This document shows, one piece after another, positions 38,351 through 52,706 of a stretch of 64,000 bases of DNA. The stretch spans positions 167,861-231,860 of the forward strand of contig NMRA01000461.1 of the NCBI GenBank assembly GCA_002633005.1, in the 5' to 3' direction. The stretch comes from Phoronis australis. Its lineage: Eukaryota; Animalia; Phoronida. The position numbers and the translations under genes were made by a program. Within the stretch, counting starts at the first letter, position 1. The number at the start of each line of letters is the position of its first letter. The notes under the pieces were generated by a model. It did no database searches, was not told the origin of the DNA, and saw only the letters and a list, made by a program, of their open reading frames with translations.

Positions 38351-40082
38351 GTTTTCTCCATAACTCACTTCGTGGGTATTCTTTTACTAGTGTCCTAATG
38401 TCATTACAAACACAAACAATTGAGTTAGCCACTCACCGTTATAGTATTGGTCTCGAAATTGTTCTTACTCAAACAGGAAGTGATGTCAGGGCATAGAACG
38501 AACTGACACTCCGTTGTTTTAGATTAAGTCCTAGAAGTTGACTTGTCGCGGCGAGTCATGGTCTCTAGGAATAGAGGTACGGTCCGTTTTTGGAGTCCCA
38601 GAGAGATATTTGCATCGGAGTAAAGACAACGGAAATAAGGACTCATCTAGTGTAGAACACTGGACAACAACACAAAGGCTAAGCATTTACCACTAATAAC
38701 CCCATTGATCGTACACTCGTGACCGATTTCCTGGAATTGAAGCTGAACTGACAAACCAGATGGTGTCTAAAAACTAAAACTTGTTTTGTTTCACATTATT
38801 TCGGTGGAAGGTGTTTCCTTCCGTGTCACCTCCTCGCAAATGTGTCGAATATTCGGAAGTGTGTTACTTGCTTACGTACGAGTGTGCTTTTTCTACAAAG
38901 AAGGTACTCTCGTTGATACAAACGTATGCAAAATAAGCTTCGCGGCTAAAACACGGCAAGTAAGCGAATACCATTTTTAGTTTTAATAAGATGCAAACTT
39001 AATAAGAAACAAGCTGAATCAACTGCATGAGTTTTTAAGCATATCAACTATTGCCTAGTAAAAACGATGATATATTGTCGCAAGGACAAGTCTTAACAAG
39101 ATTTTCGAAGGAAAATGTCGGCATAGTGCTGAAACACGACAGGTTTATGGAAGTTCCATATTTGTCGTGTGTTTAATGAAGGGGATGTCTTCATCCGCGT
39201 GTATGGTAATTTGTTATTAACGTCACAATTTTCTCAGTGTACCATGATGACTAAATACACATGTAACTTCATGTATGTGTTGGTATTTTCCCAAGGCAAT
39301 AATACAACTGAAATTCACACGTATGTGTATAAGATTTATTGTAATGTTGTAAAGTACCAGTGAATTCCACTGTCTTCCAATTATACATGTGTGCCTTCTT
39401 CATCCTCGCACCCTCGTCAATGTCACATGTCGAGGCATGTACATGCTCATTGTAAACATTGATTTTAGATAACATTTAAAAAATTACAGTAGTAAACGTA
39501 CATGTATTAGACGTTTTTCCTGATTTTACAGGAAGTTAATAAGGAATTTCAGATCCGTTTCTTTTTAATTATGAGCTAAATTACATGAATGACACAAGCA
39601 TCCACTGTAATATGTTTCATGAAAAATACTTGAAGACTTGAAGACAGAAATTTTGTCTTACATCCCCACTTTACAGTTGCTGAAAATGAGTTTAGCTAAG
39701 TAATCACAAGCACGTCACGGTCTAGAAATTATTTATTGAAATTATCACAGAATCTAGCAGCAACGCGTATATTCTGAGAGACTTTGAAGATTTGACCAAG
39801 TGCTATTTAGTTATTTTTAAAAAGAGTTGTGTGAAACGTGGGACCAAAATTCTGTCGGGTCACTTTTCATGAGGTAGTCGTCTGGCTGAAAAAGTACTCC
39901 GTGATACAGAACACCTGTGAAGAGTGAGACTTATAATGCGGCGGCTAGACAAGCTGGTGCACCTTAGTACTTTGACGTAGGCGGTGTAATTTGTCATCAA
40001 TTATTATCATATGCGATCCAAAAGTAACAACAACATTTCCTTACTCCCCAGATCAACTTGTCATCACGCGTCCTGTTCGCTG

Positions 40083-40090
40083 TATTTAAA
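40083..40090 (+). promoter_or_regulatory. Candidate TATA box of the astacin gene
   Basis: TATTTAAA 45 nt upstream of the signal-peptide ATG, with an Inr-like ATCA about 35 nt downstream. Confidence 0.4.
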
Positions 40091-40127
40091 TGGTGCCCAA
40101 AGCATTGAGCGAAGCAGATCACGAAAG

Positions 40128-40277
40128 ATGGCCACAACTTCGGAAGCTCGGTGGTTTCAGTTTATTTTTGTAACAGCGGCGTTGCTCACTGCCTCAATCA
40201 GCCTACCGCATGGACAAAGTGGCACAGATGATAGGGACATCGATCAAGACAGTTCAGATCATCCTATGCCGCAAACG
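40128..40277 (+). CDS. Probable exon 1 (signal peptide) of the astacin metalloprotease
   Basis: MATTSEARWFQFIFVTAALLTASISLP..MPQT, good start context AAGATGG, phase-0 GTGAG donor compatible with exon 54893. Confidence 0.65.
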
Positions 40278-40784
40278 GTGAGATATACGTTCGGTTTAAA
40301 GAGACATTCTTGGCGGAAAAAGTAATTTTCAGAAATTGGATATGGCGCAAAATCAAACCCACTATCCCCGCATTGCAACAGGATAATCAGTCACTGAGCC
40401 CAAACCCCCAAAAGCAGAATATTTTAAGACTGTCCTTATCGTGAAAACAGCGGCCTGAGTTTTAGTGAACCTCTGTTAGACAACGGTAAGACGTGGCACT
40501 TTACAATAATACACACGAAGAAATTGCATAATCGGAAATAGATTTTCATGACATGTTCATGAAATATTTCATGCACCTCTGACACATATGCAGCGTCTCA
40601 TCGATCGCTTACAAGCAATTATAAAATAATTGGTAACATGCAATTGTCTAGCAAAATAATATATAATTAAAAACAATATTTTGGTCAGTAAGCAATTACC
40701 TGTTTGAAGCTAATGCTGTTGACTGTCGTGTGTACGATGTAACGGAATCATTGAGGCAGTGAAACACGCCAGCGACTTTATTAC

Positions 40785-40945
40785 GAGTTTTTCTTAAGAT
40801 GCTTGTAAGATTTTCCTTAATATATGACACTCTTCCTTAACTTTTGTTATTTTCATTAAGTTTTCTTAAGAAAAATCCTATTTTCCCTTAGGTCTCAAAC
40901 TTTTCCTAAGCTACTTTATACCTTCCTTAACATTTTTCTTAACTT
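40785..40945. repeat. Degenerate short repeats (TTTTCCTTAAG-like), probably transposon subterminal
   Basis: Repeated ttttcttaag / ttccttaa / ttcctaag motifs. Confidence 0.4.
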
Positions 40946-42357
40946 CAGAGAAGCTTGGGTGCTCGCCTAGGAAATTTCAAGTTAGTTACAAAACGGCAGC
41001 GCGTCGGTAAAAGTCTCGCTTAAATATTGTCCTTTTCATTTGCAAATAAAAGTTGGGCACGCTTTACAAACTCAGCCCTATACATGGCAGCGTGTACTTC
41101 GCCGATGGATTCGCACAATTCCCACTGCCGACGAGAGGCCTCTTCATTAGGGAATCCGAGGTCCAGTTGCATAAATCAGTCAAACTATGTTTGAACGCCT
41201 AACTATTTACGCAATTTTGGTTTGGTGGTCTTTACATGTATTTGTGACTTGGCGTTCAATGAGGCCTGTTGGCAGATCAGTTAACGTGTGTTGGTTTCAC
41301 GGCCAATAACAAATTGATAAAAGCACATTGATATACGGTGGTCTAAAGTAGATGTTTTTTCAAACTGTTAGATTACTGGAAATAATTTTTTGTGCGACGT
41401 AAACTGAGGGATATTTTTATCAAAGCAAGACAATACAAACGGCCAAAAATACGCATGCTTTTTTCGATTTGGGGTCACTGGTTATAGTAAGGCTTTAAAC
41501 CATGATGGTTGATAATTGGCATGCAATCCGTGATGCCGAGCAAAAGAGCACGGGTGCATTTGATAACAGACTGCATTGAACTTTGTATTAACCTCGATTT
41601 AGAAAACGCCGTCGACGAATCCTTTAGTGTGACATCCCAAATGTTAATGTTTGCAAAATCCAACCCTTCGCAAACGAGGCTGGCGTAATTATCACCATCA
41701 ACCATTCAGTCCCGATTCTTTCGACCATTCCTACACGCTTTCCTGACCCGCTGTTAGCCAATAGCGGAGTTGCAACAGAATCGATTTAACGATTGCGCAT
41801 GTCCGGAAATGAGGCTGCACAAAGGCTATTGGGATTGATTGGGGTATATGAAATGGCCGATTGGTTTGCACGACGTGTGATTTGTGTGTATTAAACTACG
41901 CTGCTGTATGTAATTCTGCCGCTATTCGCCCTAAAAATCGCCCATGCCCCAAAAAGTGCCCTATCGCGTTTTCAGACTTTGCTAAAGTAAGCGCCCAGCA
42001 CATGAACTACATGCGAAAAATACCTTACGTACAGTTCTAACGTCTCCAATTTTTCAATTGAAAGATCCGGTAGTCCTGAATTTGTAGACCACGAGCCTCA
42101 CCGTTATGTCCATATACACTTCAAACTTACTCCGCGATTCAAAAAGAACGCAAGAGATTTGATAGCAATGCACCACAATTGTGTAGAAAATAAATAATAA
42201 TATTCTGCACGCTTTATCTTAGCGCGTTAATGCATATGTGCGTGCGTTAAGTGAGTCGACCGAGAACAGGTGATTGTGCAGAGGCCGTGATTATCCTCAA
42301 AATTGCTCATGTTGGTTTGGTTCTGGTCAAGCGAAAACAAGTTTTTTCTTTCAAGTG

Positions 42358-42660
42358 AAATATTGTTCGGCAGTTTATAAGATACGTTTTCTTCCCGCCT
42401 CAAAATGAGCGCTGCACACTTTATACTACGAAGCGGAAAGAATTCACTAAGTCGGCCTTTGCAACAAGCTCCACCGATGTGTCTGACCCATGTTTAACGC
42501 AGTTCTTGATCCTTGGGAAACAGGTAGTAACTAAATTCTTTATCTCGCTAACTGGTATTATAGCAGCCGGACAAACAACCTCCCTGTGGCCGGTTCCCCC
42601 ACGCTTGCCGACGTACTTGTTTACCGGCTTAACCACAATGCAACATTCTGACCCATTTCC
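42358..42660 (-). pseudogene. THAP domain relic
   Basis: Minus strand CLSGCYNTS*RDKEFSYYLFPKDQELR*TWVRHI..KVCSAHFEAGRK..PTIF with stops and frameshifts. Confidence 0.75.
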
Positions 42661-43307
42661 AATATGGCGGCGTTGCAACTCGGCTTATTGCGTCTACAGT
42701 GCCATTCAAAACAGTGGGGTAGCGACAACATCGGTCAGTGTACAATGCACCAGTTGTTGTGGCAAATATGAGTTTATGTTCACGGCTTATTTTTAATGCT
42801 ACGGACACCACTAAAACAGCAAAAACGCTACAAATACGTAAAAATAGCGAAAAGCTGACGGAAATTCTTTTGTTGTCGGGAATTTCTGTAAGGCAAGAAT
42901 AGAATAGACACAGAGTGACACATGGAACATCAGTTGAAGTGACGGTTCATTTCAGGTTAAGAACATTAGTTGGCACAGAACGTTGACAAATTTCTACTTG
43001 TCTTGAGATCAATTTGTCACTCTACAAACTCCCGATGCCCGACGCAATCCACTAAGATTCATCCACTGGCAGAATAACTGGTGATTAGGACTCTCAATCT
43101 TTATTCACAAAATACAATATTTTCAACAAATTTAGAAAAATATCTCGTCTTTATTTTTGGGAAATTTGAATGCGAAATATACACGTTTAGTGAAAAAACA
43201 GATTGAGTGGAACCACCTTCAACTGCATTGGAATTTGTTTAGGCCCTACTTCTTATACAATTTCGAAGTTTTCAGAGGTGTCACTCTAATTGAATCTCCC
43301 GCAAGGC

Positions 43308-44206
43308 TAGGCAATGACCATTGCCTCTGCTGGCCCGACCAGAGGCGATGCAGGTCCTATAGGCGCTCCATACGCCGGAAGCTTTCGGCGAATTATGCCT
43401 TGCACCGACTAAAACATTAAAGTCACGTTGTTATGAATACCTTTTGCGCATAGACGAACACCTTAGGAGGTTGCCGATGTGTTTAATTCCCTCCAACTCG
43501 AGCAGTCCCTATATCTGCTCCTAAAATCGTGAACTCACCATTTTTATCACTGCGAACGCTCCAATTTTTACCGCGCTTGCTAGGTGATGTGACTTCATGA
43601 CCTCGATCTTTAAATAGGCCAAAGGTGAGCCATTGCGGTCTTGTCAGTCAAATTTTCGTTTCCAAAATGCCACCACTACTTGTCTTTAATTGGCGTTACT
43701 TGAAACTGAACGTATTTCAATGAAATATTGCTTGTATTTGATAAAAATAAATGTTGATATGACATGTAATAGTGTTTGTGAACACATTCGACATTTTAAT
43801 GTTGAACAACCCGGCAAATGCACGGCTGGTTCCCGGCAGCACGTACGCAGATGGCGGGGACTTCAGCTTTCAAAGTTCGCCGGTAGGATCAAACTTTCTG
43901 ACCTTCGGCCTGGTTAAAAGAATGGGGTCATATCTCTTGGCGTGTTCCGAGTGAAAATGGTGAGTTCACAGGGACTGCTCGAAGAAAAAGTTTGATAACG
44001 GGAGTACTTGTTCGAGTTGGGAGGAATTAAACATATCGACAACTTCCTAGGGTGTTCCTCTATGCGCAAAAGGTATTAGCTACAGCGTGACTTTGATGTT
44101 TTAGTCGGGGCGAGGCATAATTCGCAGTAAAACTTCCGGCGTATGTAGAGCCTATAGGAGCTGCATGGCCTCTGGTCGGGACAGCAGAGGCGATGGTCAT
44201 TGCCTA
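43308..44206. mobile_element. Non-autonomous DNA transposon with ~250-bp diverged TIRs
   Basis: TAGGCAATGACCATTGCCTCTGCTG.. at 43308 is mirrored by ..CAGCAGAGGCGATGGTCATTGCCTA at 44206. The arms align to about 43555 and 43945. Confidence 0.85.
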
Positions 44207-44923
44207 CTGCCAGGCATACTGCAGTTCTGAAAGTATCCACAGTGATCCGCCATAATATTGACACAATGAGGCATACATAGCATAGGGAGATGACCGGAAA
44301 ACGAAGACAAAACACAAAACTTAGTTTTGATCATGAGGGATTGGTGCGTCTTGGCCCATACGAGTGTAGAGAACGACTGTATCGAGTGCGAGTCGTCGCA
44401 CGCCGAAGGTATATGAGCTGGGTTCACGAACAATGGAAGCTGAGAAAACTAATTAATCTGATGGCCCATCGGTAACCTTACGTTTCGCTGTTTCGATCTC
44501 GTGCTCATGGCGTGCTTTAACCTCAGATTCAATTTCTAATTTCTACTTCGTACATGTAGTTTGTTACTTGATATCAGACTCCAGGGTGCGTAGTATGTAC
44601 CCAAATGAACTGATGATAACGTACTGCAGACTCCACCTTTGACGAAAATTGACCCGTGGCAGAAGAAACACATGACTTACAAGATTAAAACGTTTTAGTG
44701 AGAATTAAGTTAATTACCGACTGAACTCAATATTGAAGTAGCTAACAAGGCAACAGTGCGTGCAGGTTATATTAAACCTAAACAACTTTTCACCGATTAA
44801 TTAATCAGAGACCCTTAGATTTTGCCGACTCGTAAAGCCTGCCGATTTTTCTTGGCTTAAACAGGTCGATTTTAGGGACACGAGTACTCAAAAACTGTTG
44901 GGTGAATTTTACTTGAACTTTGC

Positions 44924-47900
44924 AATTTCAATTTTTAACCATCAATCTTACAAATATTGATAGTATTTTCATTTTAAACGCCTAGTAATTTGCGTTCCGC
45001 AAGATAGAAGAATACGAGTGCTACCTTTTAAAAATGCCTTACGTTTTGCGAATTAGGTGACATAGACATAAAACTAAATAAGTTATTGAAAAATCATATA
45101 TGTAACACCGTTTTTGAGGTAAATTGTGAAGTTTTCACATATATAGGTTCCATTAAAATCGACTAAGGAGTTATTTTGCTATCAGTTCATGTATACCTTT
45201 CCCAACAATGAAATGTTGACTTACGAATGTGATGAAATGATGGTAGCAATGAATATAAAACCTATTTAGTAATCTTTGATCTTTTTATTTCATAATTATA
45301 CAATTATACTGGTTGACATGGTCTGTGTTTTATTATATGAGTTAGAATGGAGGTTAGTTATTAAGGTTTGAGATCCCCTTAAGAGCTATATTTGCAATTG
45401 GCTTCTCAGCGACTGCATTAACTATTACTTTATCCAATATAAAATGGCAGTTAGCGTTTGGCGGTTTACTTAGAACCATGCCAATAAACATGGCGTATAT
45501 TGTTTTCAAAAACTGCGATATCAGCAGTGGCATTGCACAGATACCTTCTTTTGTTGCCAAAAGTTGTGCAAATTGCTCTTTGTATCCAATTCTTGTACGA
45601 ATTCGCCGTCATGTTTGAACACGAGGTATTGTGTCCAAGCTTAAATAGCTCTGCTTAATTGGTGCATGTCCACGTTCATGTTTGCGTCGTTATAGCACAT
45701 AAACGTCGGAGAAACCGCCATTAAATCTCCGTTATTGCGGATGATAGAAGTAGCATTCTTCATATTGGCTGAGCACTCCGTGACCTGTATAATTTTCGCT
45801 TGCTCTACTGGTTAATGTCTGAGGCACGAACGTGTGCCATTCCTGGGCTATATTATGGTCTTTTGGAAACGCAAAGTGTGAAATAATGCGTGTCCGATAA
45901 TTGCTGCTGCATCCTCTCTGGAATTCTTCACAATACTCAGTCGAACTCAGTTTTCCAGACCACTTCGGCTCCCGGCTAGTGTAGAACAATGCAATGGTGG
46001 AGACCAGATCCAAAACATTTTAGTTATTTATTTTTTTTTTGCGTTTATTTATTGATTAAATGTACACACATTTAAGACGAAATACTTAAAATATGATTAC
46101 AAACTTTTTGATTTTCGAATTCAAGCATTTCTGGTCATGTTAAGAAGGGTTCAAAACTATTGCTATTACGAGGTGTTGTATCCTGAATGATAGTGCGCAA
46201 CATGCATGTCTGCAGTGCCACCAAAATTTGCAAATAATGGAGAGAAGACGATTCAGTCGTGGAAATTTTCTGCGCACTGCAAAAGACACTTAACAATTCC
46301 TGAAATACATGTAGGAGAAACACCATTCGTTGTCACAAAACTATTTTCTGGACTTCACATTTTCGAATAATACAATCTACGCATAGCTATACACGTAAGT
46401 CCGGGGTTAAGTTGTGGAACTGCAAAAATATTCGCGATAAGTCTTTGTACATAGAAAAAAAACTGAGATCCAACGAGAGCTCTCCATTTTGAACATGCTT
46501 GGAAAACATTTGACTTATGTTTGTTTAATTCTGCGTGGAATTTCGTGATTTACATGTAGCTTTCTCTCAAAAAACTTGCGTTACGGAAAGCACTCGTTCA
46601 TAGTAATTCCTACAGTTTGTACGCAAGCTGTCATCAAATTTATCTGATCCAACTAACAAGCTAATGAATTTCAGGGATTTAATGGCTGATGTTTATTGCA
46701 GAGGGACACAACTGGCGACGATGGGGGAGAACATGAAAGTATAGTGTTCATCGACGGTGGGAAGGCGCGATATATTTCGGTTTGTATATTAGGATGCCTA
46801 CATGTACACGGGCTCTCTTGCAGTACGCTAGATAGTAACATTTGAGTTTTAACAGCCATACGCTCGCTGAAGTGAAGCGCTTGTAACTCACTAAGCGCCC
46901 CTACCAAAAGACCATGTTTGCTGCAAGCTTGCGGCAAACAATTTTGTTTGCAGCAAACCAGCCGCAAAGTTTGCAGGAGTTTGCCGCTACCCGCAACTCA
47001 GCTGCACACATTGCCGCAACCTTACTGCAAACACTGAAGTTTGCAGGAATGTTGCGGCAAAATTGGTTATTGAAAAAGTGTTTTCTGGAAAGTTGCAGGA
47101 ATTCTACTGTTGAAAAAGTGTTTGCAGGAAAGTTGCAGGAAACTTTATTGGTGAAAAAGTGTTGGAGGGAAAGTTGCAGGANAATTTCAATTTTTAACCA
47201 TCAATCTTACAAATATTGATAGTATTTTCATTTTAAACGCCTAGTAATTTGCGTTCCGCAAGATAGAAGAATACGAATGCTACCTTTTAAAAATGCCTTA
47301 CGTTTTGCGAATTAGGTGACATAGACATAAAACTAAATAAGTTATTGAAAAATCATATATGTAACACCGTTTTTGAGGTAAATTGTGAAGTTTTCATATA
47401 TATAGGTTCCATTAAAACCGACTAAGGAGTTATTTTGCTATCAGTTCATGTATACCTTTCCCAACAATGAAATGTTGACTTACAAATGTGATAAAATGAT
47501 GGTAGCAATGAACATAAAACCTATTTAGTAATCTTTGATCTTTTTATTTCATAATTTTACAATTATACTGGTTGACATGGTCTGTGTTTTATTATATGAG
47601 TTAGAATGGAGGTTAGTTATTAAGGTTTGAGATCCCCTTAAGAGCTTATATTTGCAATTGGCTTCTCAGCGACTGCATTAATTATTACTTTATCCAATAT
47701 AAAATGGCAGTTAGCGTTTGGCGGCTTACTTAGAACCATGCCAATAAACATGGCGTATATTGTTTTCAAAAACTGCGATATCAGCAGTGGCATTGCACAG
47801 ATACCTTCTTTTGTTGCCAAAAGTTGTACAAATTGCTCTTTGTATCCAATTCTTGTACGATTTCGCCGTCATGTTTGAACACGAGGTATTGTGTCCAAGC

Positions 47901-49476
47901 TTAAATAGCTCTGCTTAATTGGTGCATGTCCACGTTCATGTTTGCGTCGTCATAGCACATAAACGTCGGAGAAACCGCAATTAAATCTCCGTTATTGCGG
48001 ATGATAGAAGTAGCATTCTTCATATTGGCTGAGCACTCCGTGACCTGTATAATTTTCGCTTGCTCTAGTGGTTAATGTCTGAGGCACGAACGTGTGCCAT
48101 TCCTGGGCTATATTATGGTCTTTTGGAAACGCAAAGTGTGAAATAATGCGTGTCCGATAATTGCTGCTGCATCCTCTCTGGAATTCTTCACAATACCCAG
48201 TCGAACTCAGTTTTCCAGACCACTTCGGCTCCCGGCTAGTGTAGAACAATGCAATGGTGGAGACCAGATCCAAAACATTTTAGTTATTTAGTTTTTTTGC
48301 GTTTATTTATTGATTAAATGTACACACATTTAAGACGAAATACTTAAAATATGATTACAAACTTTTTGATTTTCGAATTCAAGCATTTCTGGTCATGTTA
48401 AGAAGGGTTCAAAACTATTGCTATTACGAGGTGTTGTATCCTGAATGATAGTGCGCAACATGCATGTCTACAGTGCCACCAAAATTTGCAAATAATGGAG
48501 AGAAGACGATTCAGTCGTGGAAATTTTCTGCGCTCTGCGAAAGACACTTAACAATTCTTGAAATACATGTAGGAGAAACACCATTCGTCGTCACAAAACT
48601 ATTTTCTGGACTTCACATTTTCGAATAATACAATCTACGCATAGCTATACACGTAAGTCCGGGGTTAAGTTGTGGAACTGCAAAAATATTCGCGATAAGT
48701 CTTTGTACATAGAAAAAAAACTGAGATCCAACGAGAGCTCTCCATTTTGAACATGCTTGGAAAACATTTGACTTATGTTTGTTTAATTCTGCGTGGAATT
48801 TCGTGATTTACATGTAGCTTTCTCTCAAAAAACTTGCGTTACGGAAAGCACTCGTTCATAGTAATTCCTACAGTTTGTACGCAAGCTGTCATCAAATTTA
48901 TCTGATCCAACTAACAAGCTAATGAATTTCAGGGATTTAATGGCTGATGTTTATTGCAGAGGGACACAACTGGCGACGATGGGGGAGAACATGAAAGTAT
49001 AGTGTTCATCGACGGTGGGAAGGCGCGATATATTTCGGTTTGTATATTAGGATGCCTACATGTACACGGGCTCTCTTGCAGTACGCTAGATAGTAACATT
49101 TGAGTTTTAACAGCCATACGCTCGCTGCAGTGAAGCGCTTGTAACTCACTAAGCGCCCATACCAAAAGACCATGTTTGCTGCAAGCTTGCGGCAAACAAT
49201 TTTGTTTGCAGCAAACCAGCCGCAAAGTTTGCAGGAGTTTGCCGCTACCCGCAACTCAGCCGCACACATTGCCGCAACCTTACTGCAAACACTGAAGTTT
49301 GCAGGAATGTTGCGGCAAAATTGGTTATTGAAAAAGTGTTTGCTGGAAAGTTGCAGGAATTCTACTGTTGAAAAAGTGTTTGCAGGAAAGTTGCAGGAAA
49401 CTTGATGAAAAAGTGTTTGCGGGAAAGTTGCACGGAACTTTATTGGTGAAAAAGTGTTGTCGGGAAAGTTGCAGGA
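44924..49476. repeat. Tandem duplication of ~2.26 kb around N47182 (probable assembly artefact)
   Basis: 44924-47181 is nearly identical to 47183-~49476 with scattered SNPs and indels; the junction is a single N. Confidence 0.9.
45732..45930 (-). pseudogene. Degenerate THAP relic (second copy at ~47992-48190)
   Basis: RGCSSNYRTRIISHFAFPKDHNIAQEWHTFV follows the GCSN..F.FPKD....W..FV pattern. Confidence 0.55.
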
Positions 49477-49596
49477 AAGTTTATTGCTGAAGTGTTCTCA
49501 GGAATAAGTGAAAAAGTGCTTGCACGAAATTTGCAGTAAACTTCAATGTTTAAAGTGTTAGCATTAAGATTGTGAAAATGTTAGAAATTTTGAAAT

Positions 49597-51725
49597 TATT
49601 TTTTATTTTCTAAATTTCAAAGAAACCTCAAATCCCAGAAACTAAGCAGGGCAGATACATATTTTCGATAACTTAATACCTAAATGTGACCTACTGTTGG
49701 GTAAGTTACATTGTTAAAAACATCAAATGCTCAAAGACGACCAAATGCGACCTAAAACCCTATAGAATATAACTGCATCTATTTGTACTGTTTTTAATTC
49801 AGTCACTATACTTAACAAGTTTTGAACTTTCTTGCTGCTGTCAAAGTCAGTACAGCAAAATCTTAAATGCAATTGCTTTAAAACAACAAAGGCAGTGTTA
49901 CCTGCATGGTGTGTGATCAAGCAAAATAAATATCAATACAAACCATACACAAATATATGATCCAATTTCACCAAATGTGCAAGTATTAGCATTTAGAGCA
50001 ATTTGTACTTTTCCAACATTTGAAATTATCTCATAATCAGGTGTAGCAGCCGCCTTAGCTACAATTAAATTTTGTCTACTTTCGTCGGACAAAATTAATA
50101 GCCAAAAATTACTCATTCTGATTTTTCAAGGACATGTATTTAGCATTGTTGTGAAGACCCACAATTTTTCAAAATATTGTGTGTCAGCAGCTATGGTACG
50201 GACTTGGATATGACTCGGGATTCTTGTGGTACTGCATATTATTTACGAAAAAATAAGAATTTTAATTTCACTAGTGTCCTTATATTATTGTTTTATGCTT
50301 TTAGGGTTATTGTTTATTTTAATCATTCTAGCCCAGCTACATGTTGAAGTGTTAGGACTGTTTTCAAGGAATGCCTCTTGGAATACAATGATGTTTAATG
50401 CCTCTAAGGCAGTTGATTGTTTACTTAAATTATGCTAGCCCAGCCACAAGTTGATCTGGTGGGACTGTTATCAAGGAAAGCATGTGGTTGTCAAGGTTAC
50501 ATGCCTGGGAAGTGACCTATAAGCTTCCATTTAAACTAAATTCAAACGGTTTTGGTACAGCCTAGACTCTACATAGATAACTGAAGAACTGTAAATATGT
50601 GAGTTTTGAATTGAAAATTGTATTTATGTTGACGTGATTGGTAAGTAAAATTACTTAGACNTATTTTTTATTTTCTAAATTTCAAAGAAACCTCAAATCC
50701 CAGAAACTAAGCAGAGCAGATACATATTTTCGATAACTTAATACCTAAATGTGACCTACTGTAGGGTAAGTTACATTGTTAAAAACATCAAATGCTCAAA
50801 GACGACCAAATGCGACCTAAAACCCTATAGAATATAACTGCATCTATATGTACTGTTTTTAATTCAGTCACTATACTTAACAAGTTTTGAACTTTCTTGC
50901 TGCTGTCAAAGTCAGTACAGCAAAATCTTAAATGCAATTGCTTTAAAACAACAAAGGCAGTGTTACCTGCATGGTGTGTGATCAAGCAAAATAAATGTCA
51001 ATACAAACCATACACAAATATATGATCCAATTTTACCAAATGTGCAAGTATTAGCATTTAGAGCAATTTGTACTTTTCCAACATTTGAAATTATCTCATA
51101 ATCAGGTGTAGCAGCCGCCTTAGCTACAATTAAATTTTGTCTACTTTCGTCGGACAAAATTAATTGCCAAAAATTACTCATTTTGATTTTTCAAGGACAT
51201 GTATTTAGCATTGTTGTGAAGACCCACAATTTTTCAAAATATTGTGTGTCAGCAGCTATGGTACGGACTTGGATATGACTCGGGATTCTTGTGGTACTGC
51301 ATATTATTTACGAAAAAATAAGAATTTTAATTTCACTAGTGTCCTTATATTATTGTTTTATGCTTTTAGGGTTATTGTTAATTTTAATCATTCTAGCCCA
51401 GCTACATGTTGAAGTGTTAGGACTGTTTTCAAGGAATGCCTCTTGGAATACATTGATGTTTAATGCCTCTAAGGCAGTTGATTGTTTACTTAAATTATGC
51501 TAGCCCAGCCACAAGTTGATCTGGTGGGACTGTTATCAAGGAAAGCATGTGGTTGTCAAGGTTACATGCCTGGGAAGTGACCTATAAGCTTCCATTTGAA
51601 CTAAATTCAAACGGTTTTGGTACAGCCTAGACTCTACATAGATAACTGAAGAACTGTAAATATGTGAGTTTTGAATTGAAAATTGTATTTATGTTGACGT
51701 GATTGGTAAGTAAAATTACTTAGAC
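49597..51725. repeat. Tandem duplication of ~1.06 kb around N50661 (probable assembly artefact)
   Basis: 49597-50660 is nearly identical to 50662-51725; the junction is a single N. Confidence 0.9.
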
Positions 51726-52060
51726 TTCATTCATGAATCAGTAGTTTTGGTCTTATAAACAAAAGGAAGGTGCTTTTTTACTGATTCAGGTTATAATGGT
51801 TAGGGGAAAGTACAGCATATAATCAAATGACTTAACTGGGGTTGAGACCAGAATCAACTAGTTTCCAAAACGTTGTCAAGTTACATGTAACCAGTCCTTC
51901 AAAATAATCACTTAATTGAGATTGTAAAACTTAAGTTTGTGTCAATTTTCACATCGCTCTCTGACTGTTTGATTCACTTTTATGGAACAACATTTTTTAT
52001 TTTGATTTAATGCATGGTAACTATTGGGCACAAAATAAGATTAGCATATTGTCTATTTAG

Positions 52061-52706
52061 GTTATTGTTTACAATCCGACTCCATTAACGTACATACTTG
52101 ATACTACTATTTTCTGAATCCTCGAGTCGGGGTGATTCCAAAAATGTATTACTTGTATTGATTGGTCGATTATTATTCACAATTTCCAAGTTTTTCCAAA
52201 GCGTTCATTTGGAACGCGGATTTAGTGAAGCAGCCATTTTTAAAATGCCACACCTGTAGGAAGGATTGATAACTAACGATTAACCGCGAGATGTCAAGTT
52301 TTCGAGGACTACATTTGTCCGTGAGAACACACACTCTCGTGTTTTTTCTAATGAAGTTTTTAAGAGAGAATCCTTTATAAATGACTATTACAGTTTTTGT
52401 CAGAGTTTCCCCAACATTCCACGCGGTATCTTCAACATACTAGCCAATTTTGGGGTCTTTTTGACACACGCATGATCGTTGTAGTTATCATTCCTGCCGA
52501 CAGGTGTCGCAGTTTTATATCGGCGGTCACTCGAGATCGGCTGCCGCCAATGAACAGCTCCTAAAAACCGTGAATGCATGAATAAAAAAGCCTAATCGGT
52601 ACGAGTAATACATTTTTGGAATCACCCTGATCACCCTGACGAGAGGATTCAGAAAATGTTAATATCAAGTATGTACGTTAATGGAGTCGGATTGCAAACA
52701 ATATAT
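52061..52706. mobile_element. Nested MITE with ~110-bp TIRs, possibly Kolobok-type
   Basis: TATTGTTTACAATCCGACTCCATTAACGTACATACTTGATA.. mirrored at 52580-52704. TTAA on the right flank, TTAG on the left. Confidence 0.8.
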
